This document shows positions 37,295-49,323 of a stretch of DNA of 53,746 nucleotides, one piece after another; position 1 is the stretch's first letter; the number at the start of each line of letters is the position of its first letter. Position numbers and translations under genes: made by a program. The notes beneath the pieces are model-generated. The model did not search any database, was not told where the DNA came from, and saw only the letters and a program-made list of their open reading frames with translations. The stretch is taken from positions 1-53,746 of the forward strand of contig JALJEE010001537.1 in assembly GCA_023231475.1 (NCBI GenBank), written 5' to 3'. Source of the DNA: Seison nebaliae (lineage: Eukaryota).

Positions 37295-39896
37295 TTTGAA
37301 ATTATCATCGAATATTTTGTAGAGAAGAGTAATGTTATCGGAATTGGATCGATGAAATAATTATCAATGTTTTCTATTATTCATTCTGCTACTTTTGAGA
37401 AAGGAGTTGAAAATGATTCGTTTGTTGCGCATATTGACACCGAACATCAATATGGAAAGTTGGATATGTCAATTGGATGAAGACATGTCTGTAACGTGTG
37501 TGAATGTGTATGTGTGAGTGTAAGTATGTGTGTGTGTGTGTCTATTTTTTTTTAAAGAATATAATAATAATGTTTTAATTGAAATTATATGGTTAATTCA
37601 TTAAGAACGGAAGTAAAGTCGATGGGAACACGAGAAATGGAATAATTATTTCGATGTCAATTGGATAAACATTTCCTAATAAATAATATTAGGTAAATTG
37701 TGTTAATATTCGTTCTCGCATTTTCATGACTTAATTCGTCGTTGAACTAAAAGAAATTAGAAAAGAAAAATTCTCCGAGTAACTTCTTTTAATTATTTCA
37801 TGGGAAATAAAAAAGGAAAGTAGTAATGATATATTGGAAGTAATGCACACACCATCAGCTAGTCGATAGTCATAGAGGAATAATAATATTTTGAGTTAAC
37901 ATTCGTATTTCTTGAAAGTGTTTTCTATTTATCTCAATATCTCCCGATAAATTAATATATGAGAATATTATTCAATTGGAACGTTCCCTAAATAACTCCG
38001 AATCTTTTAGAGCTGTTTAATGGAGGAGATGAAGGAGAATCGAACAAAACGTTTCTTAATCGGAACCAAATGGCCATAATTGAACAAACAAGCATTACAT
38101 GGATAACTAATAAAATTTTCTTGTACATCTTCTTGTAAATAATCATCATAGAACGATCTAATATTACCCATGTTCTTTCAAGTAGTTTCGAACCGATTTT
38201 ATCTTCTTTCTTTTCAAATCATTTGCAGAACATCTAAAAGTTTTCATCTGAAATCTTATTAAATTATCAATGGCATTTACATCGGATTAATTATCGGTTG
38301 AGATCACTTAACAAATTCTATATTTATATTTATGTACCAATAATTATATTACATGATCATTATATGATGAAGATTTAGTTTGAAGAGCTTGAAATCTTTG
38401 TAAAGATATATCGATCATTTTCCCAAAAAGTTAATTTTTCATGAAAGGATAAAATTTACATAATCTATTATATTATTTGTCTTATGTCAAACTTGTTATT
38501 GTTCAGTACGTTAAACTTTTTAGAGTGGATGAAATTCACAAATATTTGATGGATTTGGATAGAATTGAAATCAAGGAGATCGTATGTTCATAACTTTTTG
38601 TGTTGTTGTTTAACCTTTTTCTCTTCGGGTCGCCGAACATACACACATGGACATTATATGAGAATTCTTTTAACGATGAGAAAGAAGTGAAAAGAAGGTA
38701 TATGATGAACAATTGGAGAAGATAAATAAACATTGTAAATGAGATGAAAATGAAACTGAATTCACCGCTCGGATCTGGTAGGAGAACCTTCACACACTGA
38801 AATATGCAAATAAAGATTTGTCGATAACAGCTTAATCAATATTATTTTCTAATAAATAGGAAACAAATGAATTGATAAGGAGATGGAAGAGATGAAACTG
38901 AAAGAACAAAGCAGCAATGGAAGAAAGGTTTTCTTAATGAATAGTTTTAAGCGGAAATGTTTGAACAGCTGCAAAGATTGAACGTTGCCGCACATCGTAC
39001 ATCATATTACAACAAAATTTTACATCACATCACAGAACAATATAATTTATTGATTTTTAAATTTATTCGTTTGATGGAGGAAGAAGATGGAAATAATTGA
39101 ATGAGAATAATAATAGTAATTTCGATTATTTCCATCAAACTCCTCACTAAATTAAATGCACCATTCCTGCGGATATACACACGAATGAAAACACATACAT
39201 TTGTTCAAGTACCAAACAATAAGGATCTGTTTAGTATATACAAATAAATATATTACGCAAATATTTTTTCACTTTCATCTTCACATCCTCCTCCAAAGAT
39301 TGCGTTGATTCTTCCATAGATATTGCTTTTTAACAATTTACTTTTCTATGCTCAACTACTTTTACTTACCCCCAACAATTAAAATAATTTCTCTAATACA
39401 ATTCCACACATAATACTCACACATTTAAAGAAATAGAAAAGAAGAAATCATTGATTGTATCGAATTTACTTCATTGAACAAAAATAGAAATATATATAAT
39501 TTCAAGTTGTTCACTTCAAAAAAACTTTTACATTTACATTCCATCATCATAATATGTAATATATCTTCTTCAAAAATATTTTGAAAAATCTCTTCCGTGA
39601 AATGAAGCGAATGGAAATATTTGTAGAAAACACCAATAGATTTCTCATTTCCCATCATCAGATTACTTCAATCTCCATCAATCACAATTGTCGCGATGAT
39701 GAATAAATGAAAGAAAAGTTCAATGTTTTTCTCCTGATAAATGAAGAAATTCTTTTCATCCATTTTCTTTCTTATTTACTCCAATTTTCTTAACTATCAA
39801 TAATTCACATATAAATATTACACTACATTAACATACCTATCAGTCTCATTATTAGCATCGACCCATTTTACATTTCCCCTAACTGAACATGATTAG

Positions 39897-41274
39897 AGAT
39901 TCCCGGAGCGGTATTCTTAAGGACAAATCAACATTATGGAGGAATTCATCCAGTTTTTAATTTTTGGAACTATACTCATTCAAATATCGGAGCGGAATTC
40001 ACTTAACTGTTTACCTTATAAAATATATTTCGGAGCTCAATTCACTCAAATGCAGTTTTTCGGATAGGAATTCACCCAAATTTGAAGATTTCGGAGAGAA
40101 ATTCACTTTTTAATTTGACATTTTTCTCGAAGCTATTTCGATTTTTGTATGATTTTTAAAGTCACAACAATGCACAAAGATAAAATGACAACATGTATTT
40201 TACAACAATTATTTTAATGGAATGATTTTAATATACCAATACCGTCTTCAAACGTAAAGTAACAGAATATTTACTAAAGAATTCTTTAATCAATTAATCA
40301 AGTGATGACATCAAATAATTAAAATAATTAATTGAACAATCTTATGATCAATTAATCTATAAATTACATCAAAACCTACCATAATAAATATGGAATTTAA
40401 TCAATGAATTTTGAAAGAAAAAAAACGGCAAATCTTAATAAATCTTCTATAAATACTTGTACCTATTTTATTGGTATAAGTGCATTATGAATTTTTTACC
40501 TCCTCCTATACTATTGCCTGCGTGCGTAGCGCAGTGGTTTATGTACAATCCAGGTGTATATGCGAAACAATGTACCCTGCATTCGATACGAAATTATACT
40601 GAAGCGTACGTAGTGCAGTGGTCTACAGTGAGTTTCATTAATATTCGGACATTAGAATTTACATACTTTGATCCTAAGCTAATAGTTTTCGTCTCATTAA
40701 TGTTCGGGTAATAATCGTTACAGGGTATTACATCATGAAAAAAGTTTCAAATTTTAAAATAAATCATTTCTAAAATGGTTCGTGGTCAAAAACTTTCTAA
40801 TGAAAGGCAAGTTTTGGTATCAAAGACATCAAATTATCAGTTTTGGGTAAATGCATGTAAATTATCATGTCCGAACATTAATGAAACTCACTGTATGTAC
40901 ATTCCCAACGTCACAACGATTGAAACATACGTCTCACGAAAAGTAGAGATCTCCTATCACTGACCATAAGGGAGGAAATCGATCAAACGATTCACTCGTC
41001 ATCAAACAAATAATCAAATACTACCGACCATGTCGAGCTTTTGAATACGACGTTGAATTAGAAAATCATTGATCATAGACAATCAAAAAAAATTTAGAGT
41101 GATTTCCTCCCCGAAATCTAAGAAAGTGGATGAATTCCTTTCCGATATCGATCCAAATGGTGAATTCCTCTCCGAAATGGATTTCTCACTATTCTTCTGA
41201 GAGTGAATTCTTCTCCGAAAACAAATAAGAGGTTAAATACAAACACAGGGTGAATACCGCTCTGCTCTGAATAC
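39897..41274. mobile_element. Non-autonomous DNA transposon (foldback/Mutator-like) with inverted subterminal repeat arrays and 9-bp TSD
   Basis: catgattag is duplicated at 39888-39896 and 41275-41283. Copies of a CGGAGNGGAATTCAC-like motif lie at ~39904-40106 and in reverse orientation at ~41097-41265. No transposase ORF inside. Confidence 0.85.
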
Positions 41275-43037
41275 CATGATTAGTATTGAGATACCAATGC
41301 ATATCTAATGAGCTCAACCTAATAAGTTCGTCATAGAAAAACCGGAAAATATCTTTTTATTTGAAAAAAAAATTTATTTTGAAAGAAATAGATTGAATTC
41401 ATCAGTATCTGACAATGGAAGTGAATTAGTAAAAGGAGAATATAATAGTTAAAAAGAATAATTTTCGTTACATCATCTTATAGCGTATGAATTATTTTCT
41501 CATAGTTTTTCTTCTTGACTAATAAGATTTCCATAAATATTTATCTTATCAATCAAAAGAAAGGATTGAATGGAAACAAGCAATTCATTTACGATGGAGA
41601 ATCATTGGGAATGGCATTTGAAGAAAAAACTATCGAGAAAATGTAACAAAATTAGTTTTCTCCGATAGTTGATTAAAAAGATAAGGAGTATTGATTAATG
41701 AATAAATTATAAGGAGAAATATTGGAAAAGAATGATTGTAAAGATGTGGAAGGAAAAGGGAAGGGAAAAGAAGAAACGTGAAAATAGATGAAGAAATTTG
41801 TGGAAAGAAGAAATAAAGTTTTGTTGCATCAACAAATTCTTCAGTTGCAATCCTTCATTCGAAAATGTCTTATTGACATTTTCCTTCAATCTTTCCCTAC
41901 AAATAAAAATCATTAATTTCTCCCAATTCACCATTGTGAATGCTTCTATAAGAATGAATAAAATAATCGTTTCTCTTATATTCGTATGTTATTAGAGAAT
42001 TGCATAAAATTACGATTCAGTTTGACTTCAATTTCTATCAATTGAGATTTCCCTCAATTACCATTCAGATTTTATATGTCTATCCTTTTAATGAAAATCT
42101 AAGAGAGATTGTTCGTTCACTTACTCTGTCCAACGATTTCCGGTTTTTATTCTCCTCAACTTTCGTCGATCTCGTTTCAAATCAGACCTAAATGATTTCT
42201 CTGTTTGTGATTTGAGGAAGAAAGAAAGAAATATGAGAGGAACTTCACTTATGGGAGTAGATAGAAGAAACTCTTACGTTATCGTTCGAGAGAGAAATTC
42301 TATTTTCTTTTTATGAGTAAAATTCTCCTTTTTGTTCCATGACGACGTTATGATAACATCCTATCGTCACTTCTTTATTCTCCTCAAATAAAATAAATAA
42401 TCGTCATCCTTTTGTTGTGTTGTAGAGGAAGAGAAAAAAAATGGAATTTATCAACAAAGAAATGGAGGTACTTCATTCTTCGATTGGAAATAGATTTATT
42501 GGAACATTAACCGAATAGAATTAGAAATGAATGTTTCCCCGACAACCATAAACAAAATTTTATTCATTTTTTTTCATACGATTTTCAAATAATCTTTCAC
42601 CAAATAACATATCTCATTTAAGGAACCCAAAAAATGAAATTGAACAAACACTTCTCTTCAAAACAACAAATTTTGATTTATCACAAATTCTTAAACTGAA
42701 ATCCAAAATTGTTATTTGTGAAAAATGAGTTAATTTCCTAAAATGGAAGAGTTGCGAAATAAGGAATGATAATTTATAGATGAAAAACAAATTATTAGAA
42801 ATAAGTCATTCAAATGGAATTTATTTGACGAATTATCGACAGATAAATAATAAATTTATTTTAAAATTAAACAATTTTCCATAATATCAGATGATAATGG
42901 AAGAGAGATAGAAAAAGATAGAGAGAAAGAGAAAGAAAGAGAAGGAATTACGAGAAATTAACGATTTGATTAAATTGAATTAAGTTTTGTGAGATAAGAA
43001 GAAAACATTAAAAGAAGAATGTTTCTTTCTTTTTCTT

Positions 43038-43934
43038 TTAGTGTAAATGAACATGTTCATTCATTACCAGTTGAGCATTAAACATCGATGAAATATATAA
43101 TAACATCAATTGTCCGTTGATATTACTATTGATCATATCATCGAATGCTTTTGCACTCACCACTGGTACTGATCGAATAGCATTAGCTAACTGTCGTGCA
43201 ATATGGGTATCACCTCGACGTCGTCGATTGATAACGTCATCGATATAAGTTACTAATTCTTGGACATTAAATTGCATTCGTTCTAATGTTTCTCTCACTT
43301 GTTCTAATGAAGTTAGAGATGAAGCATAAAGAGAATTATTCCGATCAGCTGAATTTATTTTCTTTGATCCTAATAAAATATCAACGGCCACTTTCTCTTG
43401 AAGTGATCCTTCTACACAAACCGTCAATTTTTCATAATCATTATAATCGGTGTAACGATAAGCTTCTACTCGAATGTCATCGATTTCCAAATCAATTCTC
43501 AATACGATCACAATACATGTCTTATTCTCTTTCGAACAATTGCTGTTATGGCCACTGAAATTACTAATCGAATCTTCATCATCTCCCATCCATTCAGCAG
43601 AGATCTTCTCCTTCAATAATCTCTCTGATTCATTTAAAGGTTGTGAAGTATACCATCCCACAACTCGCATCATCGGATATGCTAATGTTGTCAATCTCTT
43701 CCAATTGTGTTCCAATTGTTTATCTTTCTGTATTTCCGAATTGGACATTTGAAGAATTGATGGCATCGCATCTGACACTTCCACTACACCATCCATTCTT
43801 GACCCATAACCATATAAACCACCATAAACATGGTCATTCGAATGTTGACGACGACGATAATGATCAGTTATACTCACAACAGCCAGTGGATGAAGATGAA
43901 CAACATTCACTTTCTCCATATTCATTTCTTCCAT
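43038..43934 (-). CDS. EIF3F: Eukaryotic translation initiation factor 3 subunit F (non-catalytic MPN domain), intronless CDS
   Basis: VHLHPLAVVSITDHYRRR...VVGWY MPN fold. The C-terminus IARQLANAIRSVP...FDDMINSNINGQLMLLYISSMFNAQLVMNE matches eIF3f ([30 protein letters not shown]). Confidence 0.82.
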   Translation of the reverse strand: MEEMNMEKVNVVHLHPLAVVSITDHYRRRQHSNDHVYGGLYGYGSRMDGVVEVSDAMPSILQMSNSEIQKDKQLEHNWKRLTTLAYPMMRVVGWYTSQPLNESERLLKEKISAEWMGDDEDSISNFSGHNSNCSKENKTCIVIVLRIDLEIDDIRVEAYRYTDYNDYEKLTVCVEGSLQEKVAVDILLGSKKINSADRNNSLYASSLTSLEQVRETLERMQFNVQELVTYIDDVINRRRRGDTHIARQLANAIRSVPVVSAKAFDDMINSNINGQLMLLYISSMFNAQLVMNEHVHLH

Positions 43935-44789
43935 TTCTATTAAACAAGTCTAAAATGTGCTGATATGAGCTTAACATTCAAATTGAAAATAAAAAATCTT
44001 TTAAATCTTTCTTTCTACATTTCTTTTTCATCATCGATTTATCCTCTCAAACATTCCTTTTCCTTTATTGGCTAAAACGCATGTTATGTAATTGGAAATT
44101 GTTCACTTTCATAGAATTAAATCGAAAAGAATGTTGAAAACATTTAAATATATCATAAATCTAATTTGCGTATAATTGAATGTAACCGATAAAAAATTTC
44201 CAAGTATATTTAGGTAGTTTATTTACTTAACGATTTCGACCATAAATGTTCGAATATTTCATTTAACACATTTTCCTCATTTTCCTTCGAATACAAATGA
44301 ACTCAATTGACGTACATTTACTATTTATCTTCAGTTAATGTTGTTTCTCTCGATTTATCAAATTGAAATTAATTATTCATTAACAATCATAGTATAACTA
44401 TAATTATAATCCTACTTTAAAATGATTTTAAGTTTTCTGAATTTCTAAGATTTGTTTAGTAGTTGAAGAAAAATCTATATAAAATAATAATATAGTTCCT
44501 ATAAAAATCTCATATTCTCATTGAATTGTACACGAAACTATTCAATGGGAATCATCATTTTCATGAAAACTTTCGTTACTTCTTTAACCTTATTTATTCT
44601 GAACGAATATGATTCAATTGGTAAAAGATTGTTTTATTTTTCCATCGTCTTAACCATCAGAAATTTGTTGAAATAAATAATCTATGAAATATTCTTTAAA
44701 GAAAAGAGGCAAATATATCTCGAAAATAAAGAGAAAATAATAAGCGAGTGCAAAAATAACTGACGAAGCAATGAACCATTAAATTATTG

Positions 44790-44820
<31 letters not shown>

Positions 44821-44874
44821 GTCATCCAATAAAATGATTTTATTGATTTTAATTAGAAATGGGATAAGAAAATT

Positions 44875-46068
44875 ATGATATTTCCTCAAAAAATTGGATA
44901 TCGATTTAATCGAACAAGCAAGACTAGAAGATTATGTTCTTTCATTATTTACTTATTGGCATTCATCCAGTTTTATTCATTATCAAAAATGATCTATTGG
45001 CAATTATCAACAATTAAACAAACAGTTCAACGTTATCCACCACCAATGAGGAATGAGCAATTGAAATATATTCTTTATTACAATAAGTTCTTTGATGAGA
45101 ATGATTTCGAATTTGGAATTGGAGGACCGAAAGTATTCCAATATCATAACTGTTTAGAATCGAACTGTTTCGTTACTAATAACCGGTCGTTCTTATCGAT
45201 AAGTGACGCAGTGGTCGTTCATCATCGTTCTGTGAAGGAATGGCCGAAATTGAAGAAATGGCAGAGATTGATATTCTATCGGCTCGAATCTCCGATTTAC
45301 ACGTACGACTTAGGAAATATTCCAGTTCATTATAATTGGTCAATGACATATCATTTGGATTCAGATGTACCGATTCCATATACAAATCGATATGAAATAG
45401 ATTTCTATAGAAACAATTTTGGCGAAAAGAAGAAGTTCTGGAAAGAAAAAGAATTTGATATTCTATGGACGACGAATGATTGTCATACTCAATCGAAACG
45501 TCATCTATTAATGAATTATTTGTTGAAACATACGAATTTGAAGATTACAATAATTTCACGTTGTTTCAAGCCACATGTCAATCGAACAATTCAACGTCGA
45601 TGTACCAGACGATTAGAAAGTACGGAAGAATGTCAAAGTTTTCTATTGAAACATAAATTCTATTTGGCAGCCGAAAATTCGTTATGTGATCATTATGTCA
45701 CAGAAAAATTGTTTAGTCGTTTACTTCTTCCATATATTCCGATCGTGTTTAACGGAGTTCTCAATCGAACCGATTATTATAAGAGAATCGGCATACCTAT
45801 TGATTCGATAATCGATGTCCATCAATTTGATAAACTATCAATATTCGCATCATATCTCGTACGATTAGCAAATAATGAAGAATTATATGATAAGATGATG
45901 GAAAAGAGGAGACATCTCAAAGAGAAATCACCAATAGAAACTTCTTTTTGTAGTCTCTGTCACAAATTGCACCATCATACGAAAAGTACGAGTTTCTATT
46001 CGAATCAAAACGATGATATATTTCCATTGTCGTCCTGCTTCAATTCTCCTTTGCTTGACGAATATTAA
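44875..46068 (+). CDS. Alpha-1,3-fucosyltransferase (GT10), type II membrane protein, intronless CDS
   Basis: N-terminal TM segment, SDAVVVH, LESP, YNWSMTYHLDSDVPIPY and the GT10 motif KFYLAAENSLCDHYVTEKL. Confidence 0.92.
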   Translation: MIFPQKIGYRFNRTSKTRRLCSFIIYLLAFIQFYSLSKMIYWQLSTIKQTVQRYPPPMRNEQLKYILYYNKFFDENDFEFGIGGPKVFQYHNCLESNCFVTNNRSFLSISDAVVVHHRSVKEWPKLKKWQRLIFYRLESPIYTYDLGNIPVHYNWSMTYHLDSDVPIPYTNRYEIDFYRNNFGEKKKFWKEKEFDILWTTNDCHTQSKRHLLMNYLLKHTNLKITIISRCFKPHVNRTIQRRCTRRLESTEECQSFLLKHKFYLAAENSLCDHYVTEKLFSRLLLPYIPIVFNGVLNRTDYYKRIGIPIDSIIDVHQFDKLSIFASYLVRLANNEELYDKMMEKRRHLKEKSPIETSFCSLCHKLHHHTKSTSFYSNQNDDIFPLSSCFNSPLLDEY

Positions 46069-46691
46069 TCGTGATGAATCAACATCAATTATCGACCTCG
46101 ATCAAAACAATTGTATCTAATGTGAAATAGAAAAGTTTAAAAAGAAGAAATCATAAGGAAGAGGAAAGACTCTTATTCTTCTTTTTCTTCTACTTCGAAG
46201 GAATGAATTAATAAAATAATATTTAAAGATTAACTATAAGAAATGATCACTGATTGATCGATGAATTGACATCTAATTAACATGATGTAAATTTGGAATC
46301 ATCTCATTCAATTATCAATACCAAAATACATAATAGATACATATCATCATTTCACAACAACATCTCTCCCAGCACATCAATTCACAACTAGAAAAATTTA
46401 TATAGATCATAGAACGATAATTTTGACAGAAACAAATTTGCATATACTCAACCAACAACAACAACAATCCATATATATATATATATTATTTCTCTCAATA
46501 ATAATCGATATTCTAATGAATGATAAGTTTGACGGATGATTAAAAATATCTGTTAACACATAAATAACTTAGATAAGTTAACGAATATTTATGATAACAT
46601 TCTAATTGAATTCCATAAAAAACGTTTTACTCATTACTTCGTCTTCTTCCTAACTATATTCTAGTAGTCGTCAGATAAATGTCATGATGTC

Positions 46692-47817
46692 ATGTCACAA
46701 ATTAACCGAAGGAATAATTCATCAAAAAAGAAAGAAGAAAAACTTAGAGAGACAATGTACCAATTAAATTTGCATTGTTGTGGAATTCGTTCATTGACAA
46801 AATCGAAAAAATTAAGTTTGGAAATTTTTATTGAAATTTTCTTTTTCTTACTTCCGTTCTTTATTCTTTTAGCGTTCTCGTTACACTTGACCGTCTTGAT
46901 TCTTTCCTATAATCGAATAAGAAGTTCTCATTAAAATCATCTTCATCCATCTCATTTACTTCCTCATATTCACAGTACTACCACCCGAAATAGACGAACT
47001 TCGATATTTGAAAATATTAAACATTTCTTTCAACTGTCTCAAAGAACTGCCAAATACAATTCATAATTTATTACAATTAGTAGTTCTCAATTTGAGGTTA
47101 TTATTTTTTTTCATTTTTCAGTTTTAAAAATTTTTGGAATAAAAATAGTTTTAATGAATTAGAAAACTTACCCGAATCTTTCGGTTTATTCCACAATCTC
47201 CAATTACTCGATCTGACACATAACCGTCTTAATCACATGTCCATTACCAAAAATTTCTTTCGAGCAAGTTTCACAACTTTTAATTTAATCTTAAATTTTA
47301 ATATAATTTCAGATAATTTAAAACATCTCTATCTCAGTTATAACCGATTCCAATTTATTCCCGACGATATTTATCAACTTCCTTTTTTACAAGTTGTTCG
47401 AAAATTTTTAAGAGGAAATTCAAAAACATTTTCTTGCCAGTTTTGTTGTTCAGATAATCAAGTTCGTTATCTTCCGCGGACAATTGGCAAATGCAATCGA
47501 TTGAAAGAAATATATTTACAACGAAACAATCTTACATGTTTACCTCCAGAATTAGGTTTCCTTTTCAACAACCATCTAATCTAATCGTTTCTTTTTCAGG
47601 TTATCTAGATATTGATATTTTATTATTGCATAACAATGAATGGATTGATGAGATCAATTTGAATGTAAGTCAACAATATCTACTTCACGCCTTACGTCGC
47701 GACGATTATTCGCACATTTACGATGAGCACATGAAAGAAAAGTTCCCATTGCTTTATATTAAACTCTGGCCAATGCATGAAAGCAACAACAATTATTCAA
47801 CGACATCACGTCATTGA
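46692..47817 (+). CDS. RSU1: Ras suppressor protein 1-like LRR protein (7 exons; introns 46816-46872, 46924-46975, 47097-47148, 47268-47312, ~47396-47440, 47556-47599)
   Basis: Spliced LRRs LPESFGLFHNLQLLDLTHNRL...NFF...LKHLYLSYNRF...LTCLPPELGYLD...YSHIYDEHM track RSU1 (LPRGFGSLPALEVLDLTYNNL...NFF...LRALYLSDNDF...LTVLPPELGNLD...YKYLYGRHM). Confidence 0.85.
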
Positions 47818-49323
47818 AGGAGAAAGGAAGAATTCTACTGAACAGAATGTAAAACGATGTTCGATATCGACGGCGGAAATATTATTAAAAAGAAGGAGAA
47901 AAAAAACTTAAACAGAAAAAAATTAGGAAGAAATAGAAAATTTGGATGGAAGGAATTTTTTAATGGATAGATAAATAGTGGGGATAAATTTGGAACGGAC
48001 CATTAGAAAAATTTATAATAATTATATTTCATGGAAACAAATTATTATAATAATTCCAGTGATTGTTATGAAAGAGTGAACGACTCTAAAGCGATGGTGA
48101 AATAGATTGTACAGCTGTTAAATTTTTTCAATTCTCTTTTAAATAAATTTCTTAAATTATGCAAGTTATTAATGAAAGATAAATATCTCTATTTAGGTAA
48201 TAGATTGATTTATATTTGGTGCACTTAAAATGCACGAAGGAAATCAAAGACTTGCAAACATTGAAATTTTGCATGACGAGTAGTTGAATATAATTCGAGA
48301 GAGAATATATGGGAATTAGACTAGAATTAGTGTGTGGATCAAGATGGCGTGCTAATTTTTTAATAATTGTCATTTCAACAAATAGTTGAATGAATTGTGG
48401 AAAGAGTTTTGGAAGTTGGAAGAAGTAAACTTAATTTCTAAGTTATTGTTAGACATTAGGAGAGGAGTCAATAATAAGAAGGAAAAGAAAAGTTATTGAT
48501 CGAAAGAATAAAATGTTATTGTCCACTAACCCACACATGAACAGATGTAGATACTAATATTCTATGGCACGTCCTTCAAATGTTGTGAAATGAGGAGTAA
48601 AGTCTTTTTTATATGTTCCTTCTAATGAAATTTCGCTTTTTAAATTATCTTATTTTAATGCAAACTAGGAAGTTTTTGAGAGGACAATTTCTTCTTTTAA
48701 CATTTGCATGAATATTGCTTAACAATACAATAATAATGATAATGTGTCATCATAGACAACAGATGGTACCTTTTGAATATCATTTAAAAAAGTCTTTCAT
48801 TCCTCACTGATGCTTAATGTTGAGTGAATTGAGAGAAATTTCATTTAAATTATTTTCTTTACATTTTTCAATGGTGCGAATGTTTTTACTTGTACATTCT
48901 CATTTCGTTCCTCCAATCGATACCTGTTCATCGGAAGACATTTGACTCCGATCATATTTACTTTCTTCTTCAATTTCACCTTTGATTCATTCGAAACAGT
49001 TCCTCTTTTTCAAGTACCTGAATACACCCTGTAATTAGAATGCCTCTCGAATTTCTGTTGACATAATAACCATGAAAACGGAGAATAATTAATTTTATCT
49101 TTTCGTGATGAGAACATTAGTGAAAGTTTCCGTTTAAATGGAAAGCCATATACTCATTCGGAGCATATAAACTATGCCAATATGTATGTTTATCGATAAT
49201 AATTCTATTATCTTCTATGAATCCCCATGAATAACAGATATTCACTAAATAGAGAGAGAGAGAGAGAAAGAGAATAAAAAAAAACAAAATAATCTTCTAT
49301 TGATTCTTCATTCTTAAAGAAAT

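Noticed and set aside
39900..40110. Regularly spaced short repeats resembling a CRISPR array
   Set aside because: The repeats are degenerate, mirrored 1.1 kb away and bounded by a TSD, in a eukaryotic context with no cas genes. They are transposon subterminal repeats.
7531..43963. Many antisense and alternate-frame ORFs overlapping real genes, plus Phe/Ile-rich intergenic ORFs (e.g. 26912-27307)
   Set aside because: They are shadows of codon bias and AT-rich composition, with no motifs.
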